32,025 nt of DNA from Deltaproteobacteria bacterium (lineage in GTDB: Bacteria; Desulfobacterota; DSM-4660; Desulfatiglandales; Desulfatiglandaceae): the NCBI GenBank assembly GCA_019313765.1, contig JAFDAP010000001.1, positions 1 to 32,025 of the forward strand, read 5' to 3'. Positions within the stretch are counted from its first letter, which is position 1. Each line of letters opens with the position of its first letter. A program made the position numbers and the translations under genes. A model generated the notes under the pieces. The model was not told where the DNA came from and searched no databases. It saw only the letters and a list, made by a program, of their open reading frames with translations. Below, one piece after another: positions 23,469 through 31,679 of this stretch.

Positions 23469-26400
23469 CTAATTCGTTAATGATTTAACCCACTTCACAG
23501 CATCCGCCGTGAGGAAGGTTCCTTTGCCCCTATCCGTTTGTTCTATTGTGTTCGTCCCAGCCGCAAGGCGGAAGGTTCCAAGATATTCCCATCCCTGAGA
23601 TGACTCTTTTATGTCGAAGGCGATCTCTTCGGGTCCGTCCTCGTGGTGGATAATGAAGTGTTTTTCCTCCTGGGTGGGCCTCTTCCAGCCTTCCTTGTCT
23701 CCGCCCTTACCGAAACTCGCAGTTTCATTGTAGAAATAGATGTCGTAGCTGCCGCTTTCCGGAAGGTCCGCTGTCCAGGATACCTTATTGCCGCCCTCAC
23801 CAATCTTTATCATATATCCCGAGCGAATAACCTTCCCATAGAAATCCTGAAGGATAACCGGACTCCATCGTCCGGGAGGATTGGCGGAATTGTATTCCAG
23901 ATACTCCGTCTCTGTGGAGGTAAGGTCAAAGAGCCGATGGATCGTAGACCTGATCCAATTGCCCCCTCCACCGCCGGCTACCACGAATCCCGGATCCTCA
24001 TTGTCGACAATATATTCCCCTGTATCCGGTCGGTCCTGCTCAAAGGGAGCGGATCTCTCCCCCTCAAAGAAAGTATCTCTCTCCTTCACTTTCTGCTGCC
24101 ACAGATTCATGTTCATGGCGGCGGGGATGTTTCGGGAGATGGTTGTGTCCAAAGTCAAAAACACAGGCCGCGTGTCCAGGAGAAAGCCGATTTCCTTGGT
24201 TGTTTTCGGCGGGATAATTACAGTGCTTTGGGTTTCCCAAAGATTACTTCCATATCCTTTGCTTTTACTATTAGCCGTCATCACACTGATTTGAACGATG
24301 CCCTCGGTCTCGGAGATATTTGTCAGTGGCAGGTGGATGTGGGTTCGCTTTTTTTCTCCATCCTGAACACTATACATGTCAGCAGCGCCGACGGTGAATG
24401 CCGGGACCTGTGTTTCCTCGTACCAGGCAGCCATCACCGGCTCCAGATCAAATTCCTTGTAGAAAAAAAGGAATTGAAGAAATTCTTCTTCCGTAATCGT
24501 GCTGAACTTTTTTTCCTTAAGGAAAGCCAGCAGGTTCAGATCGAAATTATCCTCCTGGATACGGGATTCAATGACGGTCATCAGATATTTCCCTTTGGCC
24601 AGGAAAACATTGTAGAGCTCGCGATCATCCAGATCTTTTTCGGCAATAAGGTCAGACATGGAGCGGCCATCCAGAAGCCGGTTGGTTTTTTCCTGATCGG
24701 TCAGTCCCCCTCTCCGATCGAAGCGGAAGCTGGAGGCGGAGATCCTGTCTTGAATCCAGGATTCTACGGCCGAGTGGAGTATGGGCCAGCGATCGGAGGC
24801 CAGTGTTGAGGTGAAGGCGAAATAATTCGGCATCAAGTTATAATCTGCATTCACATCGGACTCCGTCACTCCGGCCAGGGCACCGTCGCTAAAACTTCCT
24901 TTGGCGGGCTGAGTACCCAGGAAATTTGTGCGGACGAATCCGTTAAAAAAGATTGTCTGGATCTGGGCAGTAGTGATATCTTTTCCTCTCTCCCCCTTGC
25001 CTTTCCCCATCCTCTGGTACCAACGCGACAGGGAGGCAAAGTCCGCCCCCTCACACAGTGTTCCCATCTCCGGGAGAAGGACCATTTGCGGTTGGACGGT
25101 TTCGTCCGCCGCACTCCAGAGCCGTTTGTGGCTGTAAAAATGAATAGGGACCTCGACAAAAGCCAACTGCTCATAGGGATAGTCCAAACCAAGAATGACC
25201 TCGAATTCGTCTTTCAGCTGGGTGATGGCCTTAGGCAGGCTTTCCGTAATGGCATCGAGATGCCGCGTGAAATAATCGTGGCCCGGAAGGGTGAAGAGCT
25301 TGAATTCAACGTCCTTGACTTTGAGGGTTCTTTCCTCGAAAGGTCCCACGGTCAGGGATATCTGAGGGAGGAGAGTTTTGGGACGGAAAGTGAAGGTTCT
25401 CCCGCCATCCGACTCCTCGATCTCCGGAATGCCCTGAGACACGGCGGTACAGCCTTCGGGAAGCTTGACCTTGAGTGTGTATTGACAAAAATCACTGTCC
25501 ACCGCCCCGGGGAATCGGTGACTGAGGGGGATCCCCTCCCGGGGATACCAGCCACTTTCCGGTGTTAGATGGACGAATTTTTCAGAAAGAAAAACATATT
25601 TTTTCGGCACATTGTAAAGACCCAGTTTCGAGGGATTGCGCGTGGTTTTGCCATCGATATCCGGATAGCAGTAAGCCTCAATTGGAGCGCCGGCATAGAC
25701 TATTTGAAGATCGATGTTTTCATCGAAGCCCAGAGGCTTTGGCAGCCATATGAATACTATGTGGCCCTCCCTGGAGAAATCCACATCTTGGCCGTTGTTA
25801 GTGACACGGCTGATCTGAAGCCCCGGATTCAGGGTCAGAAGGAGTGAGTCAGCGGGTTTTTCCCGTTTGTTTTTCAGCCGGATATTTGAAGCAGCCGAAA
25901 GGGTGCTTCCTGCAAATTCCACATCCAGGGAACAGGATTCCATGCTGAGTGGGGCGATGTCTTTATATTTATCACTGGCCGTTATCAGATCTTGGCGCAG
26001 GGAATCTAAAACCCTGTTGCTTTGGACATGGCTTAACATCAGTCCAAAAGCGGAAAGAACGAGCAGCACGGACAGCGTTCCGGACAATGCCGTTGTCCAG
26101 GGGGACTGCCTTAGCCGCTTAGCCAAAAGCACGGTTCCAAAGACAAAACCAACTCCCAGGAGGAAGTAAGGGAACCGCAAATAAAACAACTGCACGTTGT
26201 TGCCCAACCCAATAAAATCGGAATACATCAGCGGTGTATGGAATCCGAATATGTCGGGGATGAAGTAAGCCTTGTTCCCAAGGACGGCCAGGCTAATGGA
26301 GGACAGGGCCAGCCCCAAAAGGATGACGGCCGCCTGGCTGCGGATGGTCATACCCAGTATAAAGGACAGGCCCACTAGGAACACCAGTGTTGGAAGATTG

Positions 26401-26858
26401 ATCGTTAGAAAATATAGCAGGTAGGCAGTGAAGCTGAAGGGGGTTTCAGAAAGAAAAAGGTGAATCAGAGCGGTCATCACGCCGACAAGGATATTCATCA
26501 GAATAAACAGGCCGAGTACACCGAGAAACTTGCCGAGAATATAGCTGGTATTGGAGAAGGACCGGGAAAAGATGACCTGAGTGGAATGTGTCCTCCGGTC
26601 CCGTTTGAAGAATTCCGTGGCCATGAAGACCACGATAATACCCTGGTAAACATTGAAGAGTTTGAAGCTGAACAACGGGATGGATCCTGACAGGGACCGG
26701 AAGTAATAGGGGAAGGAAAAGGAGGGGGCGGCGATCCCGGCCGTCAAAAGACCCATAATAATAAGGCCCAACAGTGCGAAAATGCGGAAGCCCCAGGACC
26801 TCAGGAGAATTTTTGTCTCATATGCGGCGATTTTTAGACAAATCCTCACAGCCTTCAT
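23469..26858 (-). CDS. Fusion protein: 7-TM ABC-2-type permease domain + M1-aminopeptidase-like (no HExxH) domain + C-terminal golvesin-like module (paralog 1, 1,129 aa)
   Basis: Seven hydrophobic helices span aa ~20-280. M1 N-domain-like strings follow: 'SCSLDVEFAGSTLSAASNIRLKN..LLLTLNPGLQISRV..IDLQIVYAG', 'ESGWYP', 'YTLKVKLPEGCTAVSQG'. The C-terminus 'YIVDNEDPGF..GSYDIYFY..QGWEYLGTFRLAAGTNTIEQ..FLTADAVKWV' matches the golvesin C-terminal-like pattern. The SD GAGGATAAAGAC precedes the ATG. Confidence 0.75.
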   Translation of the reverse strand: MKAVRICLKIAAYETKILLRSWGFRIFALLGLIIMGLLTAGIAAPSFSFPYYFRSLSGSIPLFSFKLFNVYQGIIVVFMATEFFKRDRRTHSTQVIFSRSFSNTSYILGKFLGVLGLFILMNILVGVMTALIHLFLSETPFSFTAYLLYFLTINLPTLVFLVGLSFILGMTIRSQAAVILLGLALSSISLAVLGNKAYFIPDIFGFHTPLMYSDFIGLGNNVQLFYLRFPYFLLGVGFVFGTVLLAKRLRQSPWTTALSGTLSVLLVLSAFGLMLSHVQSNRVLDSLRQDLITASDKYKDIAPLSMESCSLDVEFAGSTLSAASNIRLKNKREKPADSLLLTLNPGLQISRVTNNGQDVDFSREGHIVFIWLPKPLGFDENIDLQIVYAGAPIEAYCYPDIDGKTTRNPSKLGLYNVPKKYVFLSEKFVHLTPESGWYPREGIPLSHRFPGAVDSDFCQYTLKVKLPEGCTAVSQGIPEIEESDGGRTFTFRPKTLLPQISLTVGPFEERTLKVKDVEFKLFTLPGHDYFTRHLDAITESLPKAITQLKDEFEVILGLDYPYEQLAFVEVPIHFYSHKRLWSAADETVQPQMVLLPEMGTLCEGADFASLSRWYQRMGKGKGERGKDITTAQIQTIFFNGFVRTNFLGTQPAKGSFSDGALAGVTESDVNADYNLMPNYFAFTSTLASDRWPILHSAVESWIQDRISASSFRFDRRGGLTDQEKTNRLLDGRSMSDLIAEKDLDDRELYNVFLAKGKYLMTVIESRIQEDNFDLNLLAFLKEKKFSTITEEEFLQFLFFYKEFDLEPVMAAWYEETQVPAFTVGAADMYSVQDGEKKRTHIHLPLTNISETEGIVQISVMTANSKSKGYGSNLWETQSTVIIPPKTTKEIGFLLDTRPVFLTLDTTISRNIPAAMNMNLWQQKVKERDTFFEGERSAPFEQDRPDTGEYIVDNEDPGFVVAGGGGGNWIRSTIHRLFDLTSTETEYLEYNSANPPGRWSPVILQDFYGKVIRSGYMIKIGEGGNKVSWTADLPESGSYDIYFYNETASFGKGGDKEGWKRPTQEEKHFIIHHEDGPEEIAFDIKESSQGWEYLGTFRLAAGTNTIEQTDRGKGTFLTADAVKWVKSLTN

Positions 26859-26925
26859 GTCTTTATCCTCGGATCTCCTTGTAGATATGTTTCTAAAAGT
26901 TGAGATACAAAAAACTTCACTGCTT

Positions 26926-29900
26926 TTAATTCTGGTTTGTTCTGACCCACTTCACCGCATCGGCTGTGAGGAAGGCTCCCTTGCCCTTGTCCGTTTGTTC
27001 GATCGTGTTCACTCCTTCCGCCAGGCGGAAGGTCCCAAGCAGGACCCAACCCTGAGACGACTCCTGGATGTCGAAGGCGATCTCCTCGGTGCCGTCCTCG
27101 TGGTGGACGATAAAGTGTTTTTCCTCCTGGGTGGGCCGCTGCCGGTTTTCTCCTCTGCCTCCACCCCGCATGCCTCCGCCCTGTCCCCGGCCCCTGCCGA
27201 AGATCATGGTTTCGTTGTAAAAATAGATATCGTAGCTTCCGCTTTCCGGGAGGTTAACCGTCCAGGAAACTCTGTTACTGCCCTCCCCGACCTTGATCAT
27301 GTGGCCGGTATGGAGGATGGTGCCATAGAAATTCTGGAGGATGACCGGGGTCCAGCGTCCGGGGGGATTGTTGAGATTGTAACCAAGATACTCCGCCTCG
27401 ACGTTCGAACGGTCAAAGAGCCGGCGGATGGCCGTTCGGAGCTTGTTGTCTCCACCGCCCCCAGCCACAGTGAATCCCGGGTCCTCATTGTCGACGATAT
27501 ATTCTCCGGGAGTATCGAATTGGTCCTCCTCATAGGGAGTGGATCTTTCCCCTTCAAAGAAGGTTTCCGTTGCTTCTATCTTCCGCTCAAACAGGGGCAG
27601 GTTCATGGTGGAGGGGATGTTTCGCGAGATGGTTGTATCCATCTGCAGTATCATAGGCCGGCTGTCCAGGAGGATGCCAACCTCCTTGGTTGTTTTTGGG
27701 GGGATAAGAATAGTGCTTTCGATCTCCCACCCCGCTCCGCCACTTCGCATGCCGCCTCTACTCTGTGCGGACATCATGCTGATTTTTACGATGCCTTCGG
27801 TTTCAGAGATGTTTGTGACGGGCAGGCGGACGTGGTGGCGCTGCTGCTCCCCGTCCCGGACGGTGAACACACCAATGGAGCCAATGGTGAATGCCGGGAC
27901 CTGTGTTTCTTCGTACCAGGCAGCCATCACAGGTTCCAGATCAAATTCCTTATAGGCAAAAAGGAATTGGAGAAATTCTTCTTCCGTAATGGTGCTGAAT
28001 TTTTTCTTTTTGATAAAGGACAGAAGTTTTTCGTCGAAATTGTCCTCCTGAATGCGCGATTCGATGACAGTCATCAGATATTTCCCCTTGGCCAGGATGA
28101 TGTCGTAGAGATCATCATCGGTCAGGGTTTTATCTGCCATTAGATCGGAAATGGAACGGCCATCCAAAAGCCGGTTGGTTCTTTCCTGATCGGTCAGTCC
28201 GCCGCTCCGGTTGAACCGGAAGCTGGCAGCAGAGATCCTATCCTGGAGCCAGGATTCCAGGGCTGAGTGAAGGATGGGCCAGCGGTCGGAGGCAAGCGTG
28301 GAAGTGAAGGCGAAATAATTCGGTATCAGGTTGTATTGCGCATCCACATCGGATTCCGTTACGCTGGAAAGGGCTGTGTCGCGAAAGCCTCTCCTTGTGG
28401 ACTGGGAGCCCAGGAGGTTACTACGGACAAAGCGCGTGAAAAAACTGTTTTGGATCTGGGCCGGGCTGGTTTCCGCTCCTGGGCGCCTATTAAATCCCCC
28501 TCTTCTCTGCATCATGCGCTCCATGGAAGCAAAGTCCGCTCTTTGACACAGTGTTCCCATCTCCGGCAGAAAAACCATCTGGGGCTGGACGGTTTCGTCC
28601 GCCGCGCTCCAGAGGCGCTTGTGGCTGAAAAAGTGGATGGGAACCTCCACCAGCGCCAACTGCTCATAGGGATAGTCCAAACCGAGGGTGACCTCAAACT
28701 CGTCTTTCAGCTGGGTGATGGTCTTGGGCAGATCTTCAGAGATGGCATCGAGATGCTGTGCGTAATAATCGTGTCCCGGAAGGGTGAAGAGCTTATACTC
28801 TACGTCTTTGACCTTGAGGGTCCTTTCTTCATAGGGGCCGACCGTCAAGGATATCTGAGGAAGAGGTGTTGAGGGGCGGAAAGTGTAGGTTTTGCCGCCG
28901 TTAGACTCTATGATTTCCGGAAGGCCCTGGGAGATAGCCGTGCGGCCTTCGGGCAGTCGGATACTGAGCGTGTAGTGAGAGAAATCATGGGCCACTGCCC
29001 CGGGAAAGCGGTGACTGAGAGGGATCCCCGCTCGGGGATACCAGCCGCTCTCCGATGTCAGATGGATGAATTTTTCTGATAGGAAGATGTATTTTTTCGG
29101 CACATTGTAAAGCCCCAGTTTCGAGGGCTTGCGCAGAATTTCATCCTCGATGTCTGGGTAGCAGTAGGCCTCCCATAAAGTGCCGGCATAATCTATCCGG
29201 AGAGTGATGCTGGCACCAGATGCCAGGGGAACCGATGGTTGTATAAGGAGGACGTGTCCCTTTCTGACATGATCAAGAGTCGAATCGCCGGCTGTGACAC
29301 GGCTGATCTGAAGCCCCGGATTCAGGGTCAGGAGGAGGGATTCAGCGGGTTTTTCCTGTCTGTTTTTTAAAAGGATCTCGGAAGAGGCCGACAGAACATT
29401 GCCGGAAAATTCCACATCAAGGGAACAAGATTCCATGCTCATTGCGGGAATCTCAGCGTATTTTTGACTTTCCGCCAGAAGGTCACGGCGTTGGGAATCA
29501 ACGTCTCTGTTGGATTGGATATGGCTGAATATCAGGCCCAGGGCTGAGAGGACAAACAGGACTGAAAGTGCCCCGGACAAAGCCGTTGTCCAAGGTGATT
29601 GCCTCAGCCGTTTGGCCAGAAGCACTGTACCAAAGACAAACCCCAGGCCCAGAAGGAGGAGAGGGAACCGCAGCTGAAAAAGCTGTGCGCTATTGCCAAG
29701 CCCAATAAAATCAGAATACATCAGTGGTGTATGGAATCCGAATATGTCGGGGATAAAATAGGCCTTGTTTCCCAGGGCGATCAGGCTGAGGGACGATATG
29801 GCCAGTCCCAATAGAATGACAGCCGCCTGGCTGCGAATGACAACAGCCAAAACAAAGGACAATCCGATAAGGAATACCAGAGTGGGAAGGGTAAGCGTCA

Positions 29901-30351
29901 GAAAGTAAAGAAAGTAAGCCTGGATGCTAAAAGGCGTCTCCGACAGAAAGAGTTGGATCAGAGCTGTGATCACACCGACAAGAATATTCATCAGGACAAA
30001 CAGCCCGATGACTCCTAAGAATTTGCCCAGGATGTAGCTGGTGTTGGAAAAGGACCGGGAAAAGATGACCTGGGTGGAATGAGTCCTTCTGTCCCGTTTG
30101 AAGAATTCCGTGGCCATGAAAACCACGATAATGCCCTGATAGACATTGAAGAGTTTGAAGCTGAACAGAGGGATGGATCCTGACAAGGACCGGAAATAGT
30201 AGGGGAAGGAAAAGGAAGGGGCTGCGATCCCTGCCGTCAAAAGGCTCATAATGATGAGGCCCAACAGGGCGAATATGCGGAATCCCCAAGACCTCAGGAG
30301 AATTTTGGCTTCATAAGCGGCTATTTTTAGACAGATTATCATAGATGTCAT
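26926..30351 (-). CDS. Fusion protein: 7-TM ABC-2-type permease domain + M1-aminopeptidase-like (no HExxH) domain + golvesin-like module (paralog 2, 1,141 aa)
   Basis: It is colinear without indels with paralog 1 through aa ~860. I place the start at 'MTSMIICLKIAAYEAK' (ATG 30351; SD GAGG in TGAGGTTAAAGATATG, 10 nt after the ATPase stop). The track's 151-codon upstream extension overlaps the ATPase gene in another frame and has no homology to paralog 1. Confidence 0.75.
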   Translation of the reverse strand: MTSMIICLKIAAYEAKILLRSWGFRIFALLGLIIMSLLTAGIAAPSFSFPYYFRSLSGSIPLFSFKLFNVYQGIIVVFMATEFFKRDRRTHSTQVIFSRSFSNTSYILGKFLGVIGLFVLMNILVGVITALIQLFLSETPFSIQAYFLYFLTLTLPTLVFLIGLSFVLAVVIRSQAAVILLGLAISSLSLIALGNKAYFIPDIFGFHTPLMYSDFIGLGNSAQLFQLRFPLLLLGLGFVFGTVLLAKRLRQSPWTTALSGALSVLFVLSALGLIFSHIQSNRDVDSQRRDLLAESQKYAEIPAMSMESCSLDVEFSGNVLSASSEILLKNRQEKPAESLLLTLNPGLQISRVTAGDSTLDHVRKGHVLLIQPSVPLASGASITLRIDYAGTLWEAYCYPDIEDEILRKPSKLGLYNVPKKYIFLSEKFIHLTSESGWYPRAGIPLSHRFPGAVAHDFSHYTLSIRLPEGRTAISQGLPEIIESNGGKTYTFRPSTPLPQISLTVGPYEERTLKVKDVEYKLFTLPGHDYYAQHLDAISEDLPKTITQLKDEFEVTLGLDYPYEQLALVEVPIHFFSHKRLWSAADETVQPQMVFLPEMGTLCQRADFASMERMMQRRGGFNRRPGAETSPAQIQNSFFTRFVRSNLLGSQSTRRGFRDTALSSVTESDVDAQYNLIPNYFAFTSTLASDRWPILHSALESWLQDRISAASFRFNRSGGLTDQERTNRLLDGRSISDLMADKTLTDDDLYDIILAKGKYLMTVIESRIQEDNFDEKLLSFIKKKKFSTITEEEFLQFLFAYKEFDLEPVMAAWYEETQVPAFTIGSIGVFTVRDGEQQRHHVRLPVTNISETEGIVKISMMSAQSRGGMRSGGAGWEIESTILIPPKTTKEVGILLDSRPMILQMDTTISRNIPSTMNLPLFERKIEATETFFEGERSTPYEEDQFDTPGEYIVDNEDPGFTVAGGGGDNKLRTAIRRLFDRSNVEAEYLGYNLNNPPGRWTPVILQNFYGTILHTGHMIKVGEGSNRVSWTVNLPESGSYDIYFYNETMIFGRGRGQGGGMRGGGRGENRQRPTQEEKHFIVHHEDGTEEIAFDIQESSQGWVLLGTFRLAEGVNTIEQTDKGKGAFLTADAVKWVRTNQN

Positions 30352-30361
30352 ATCTTTAACC

Positions 30362-31273
30362 TCATTCTTTTTTTTCAAATATCCCGGAAAGATGGCCCGA
30401 GGACGCAGTCTGCATATAATGGATATAGGCGTCTTCCAGATTGGGTTCCACGGGGATGGCCTCCATCGTGCCCGGATTCTCCGCCACGATCCGCAGCTCG
30501 TATCCACCTTCCGAGGGGACCGTGGAGATAACAGGGAACCGCGCCTTCCAGCTGTCCAGGTCTTCATAGCCGGTGGATATGGTCCAGACTTTTCCCCGGG
30601 CGCTGTCCACAAGGTCGGCTGGAGGACCGTGAAAGATGATGCGTCCCATGTCCATAAGCGCGATGGTCTCGCAGGTGGAGGAGATGTCACCCACAATGTG
30701 GGTGGAGAGAAGGATGATCCGGTCCTGGGATGACAGATCGGACAAAAGATTGCGGAACCGGATCCGCTCCTCCGGATCCAGACCGACCGTGGGTTCGTCC
30801 ACAACCAGGAGCGGAGGGTCTCCGATCAGGGTTTGGGCAATGCCCAGTCTCCTCTTCATGCCGCCGGAGAGCTTCCCCGTCATACGGTCCCTGGCTTCGA
30901 AGAGACCCACTGTTTCCAGCAGCAGGTCGATCCTGTCCCGGCGCTTGTTTTTGGACAGGATACCGTTGAGACAGGCACTGTAATCCATAAACTCCCAAAC
31001 CGTCAGTTTGGCGAACACGGAAAAATCCTGGGGAAGATAGCCGATCTGCCGCCGGATCTCCTTGCGGTTTTTGCGGATGTCCAGATCATTGACTTTGACG
31101 CGTCCGGAGCTGGGTTTTAGAAGTGTGACCAGGATGCGCATCAACGTAGTTTTTCCGGCGCCGTTGGGGCCTAGCAGACCGAACAATCCTTTTGGGATGT
31201 CCATATCGATATCCTTAAGGGCCAGCTTGCCGCCGGGATAACGTTTTGAAAGTTGTGATATTGAAATTTGCAT
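30362..31273 (-). CDS. ABC transporter ATP-binding protein (ABC-2/DrrA-like subfamily), first gene of the operon
   Basis: The 303-aa ORF has Walker A 'GPNGAGKTT', 'YLPQDF', signature 'LSGGMKRRLG', Walker B 'LLVVDEPT' and 'STHI'. AGGAAAA lies 7 nt upstream of the ATG, and a ~400-bp AT-rich intergenic region lies upstream. Confidence 0.95.
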   Translation of the reverse strand: MQISISQLSKRYPGGKLALKDIDMDIPKGLFGLLGPNGAGKTTLMRILVTLLKPSSGRVKVNDLDIRKNRKEIRRQIGYLPQDFSVFAKLTVWEFMDYSACLNGILSKNKRRDRIDLLLETVGLFEARDRMTGKLSGGMKRRLGIAQTLIGDPPLLVVDEPTVGLDPEERIRFRNLLSDLSSQDRIILLSTHIVGDISSTCETIALMDMGRIIFHGPPADLVDSARGKVWTISTGYEDLDSWKARFPVISTVPSEGGYELRIVAENPGTMEAIPVEPNLEDAYIHYMQTASSGHLSGIFEKKE

Positions 31274-31679
31274 GTTCTTTTCCTAGCGATTATATTTAAT
31301 ATTTATATCATTATGATTCAGCTTTGTGTTATTTCTTTGAAAGGTTTTCATTTTATTAGACCCATTAAGAAAGCTTTTTCTTCCAAAAAAGATAGGTCAT
31401 AAGGCGATTTATTCTTATTGCTGGATTGCTTGTCTTCTTAGTAAAAATCCATCTTGACAATCACATAACTTTTGGTTATTCTGCCAAATATGAAAATGAA
31501 TGGCAGGAAAAGAGCTCATTGCGAAACTGACCTGCCCCCCATCAATGTATCACCTTTAAAGTGAGATTATTAGTCCTTTGAACATGCCCCCTTCTTTGAT
31601 TCATTATCTAAGTTAGAAAATAAATTGAATATTCAGCTCTGTCTTTTAAGAAAATTCAACAGATCCACTCTCTTGCAGG

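Larger units (their letters stand above)
23469..30351 (-). repeat. Tandem gene duplication (two ~3.4-3.5-kb units, offset 3,493 nt at the start codons), including the ribosome-binding region
   Basis: The protein paralogs align position for position. At the DNA level, 26641-26700 versus 30134-30193 differ at 5 of 60 nt, and all five changes are silent. Confidence 0.85.

Noticed and set aside
23643-28143. Long plus-strand ORFs 23643-24809 (388 aa) and 26782-28143 (453 aa), antisense to the two giant paralogs.
   Set aside because: They are shadow ORFs. They mirror each other only because the sense genes are paralogs, they are low-complexity (G/D/V/F/L-rich), they have no recognisable motifs, and they lie fully inside strongly supported minus-strand CDSs.
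30352-30804. A 151-codon N-terminal extension of track ORF 26926-30804 ('MWTNPRSVWIRRSGSG...').
   Set aside because: It overlaps the ABC ATPase gene in another frame. It is Pro/Arg/Ser/Trp-rich with no counterpart in paralog 1. Homology to paralog 1 begins exactly at ATG 30351, which has its own GAGG ribosome-binding site.
31453-31482. A plus-strand sigma70-like promoter, TTGACA-17 nt-TATTCT, followed by a 24-codon ORF (31489-31563).
   Set aside because: The spacing is good, but it points away from the big operon toward the 3' end of a convergent gene. The small ORF has no RBS, and a single hexamer match in AT-rich DNA is expected by chance. It is worth a look only if TSS data exist. I could not identify a convincing minus-strand promoter for the operon in 31274-31460.
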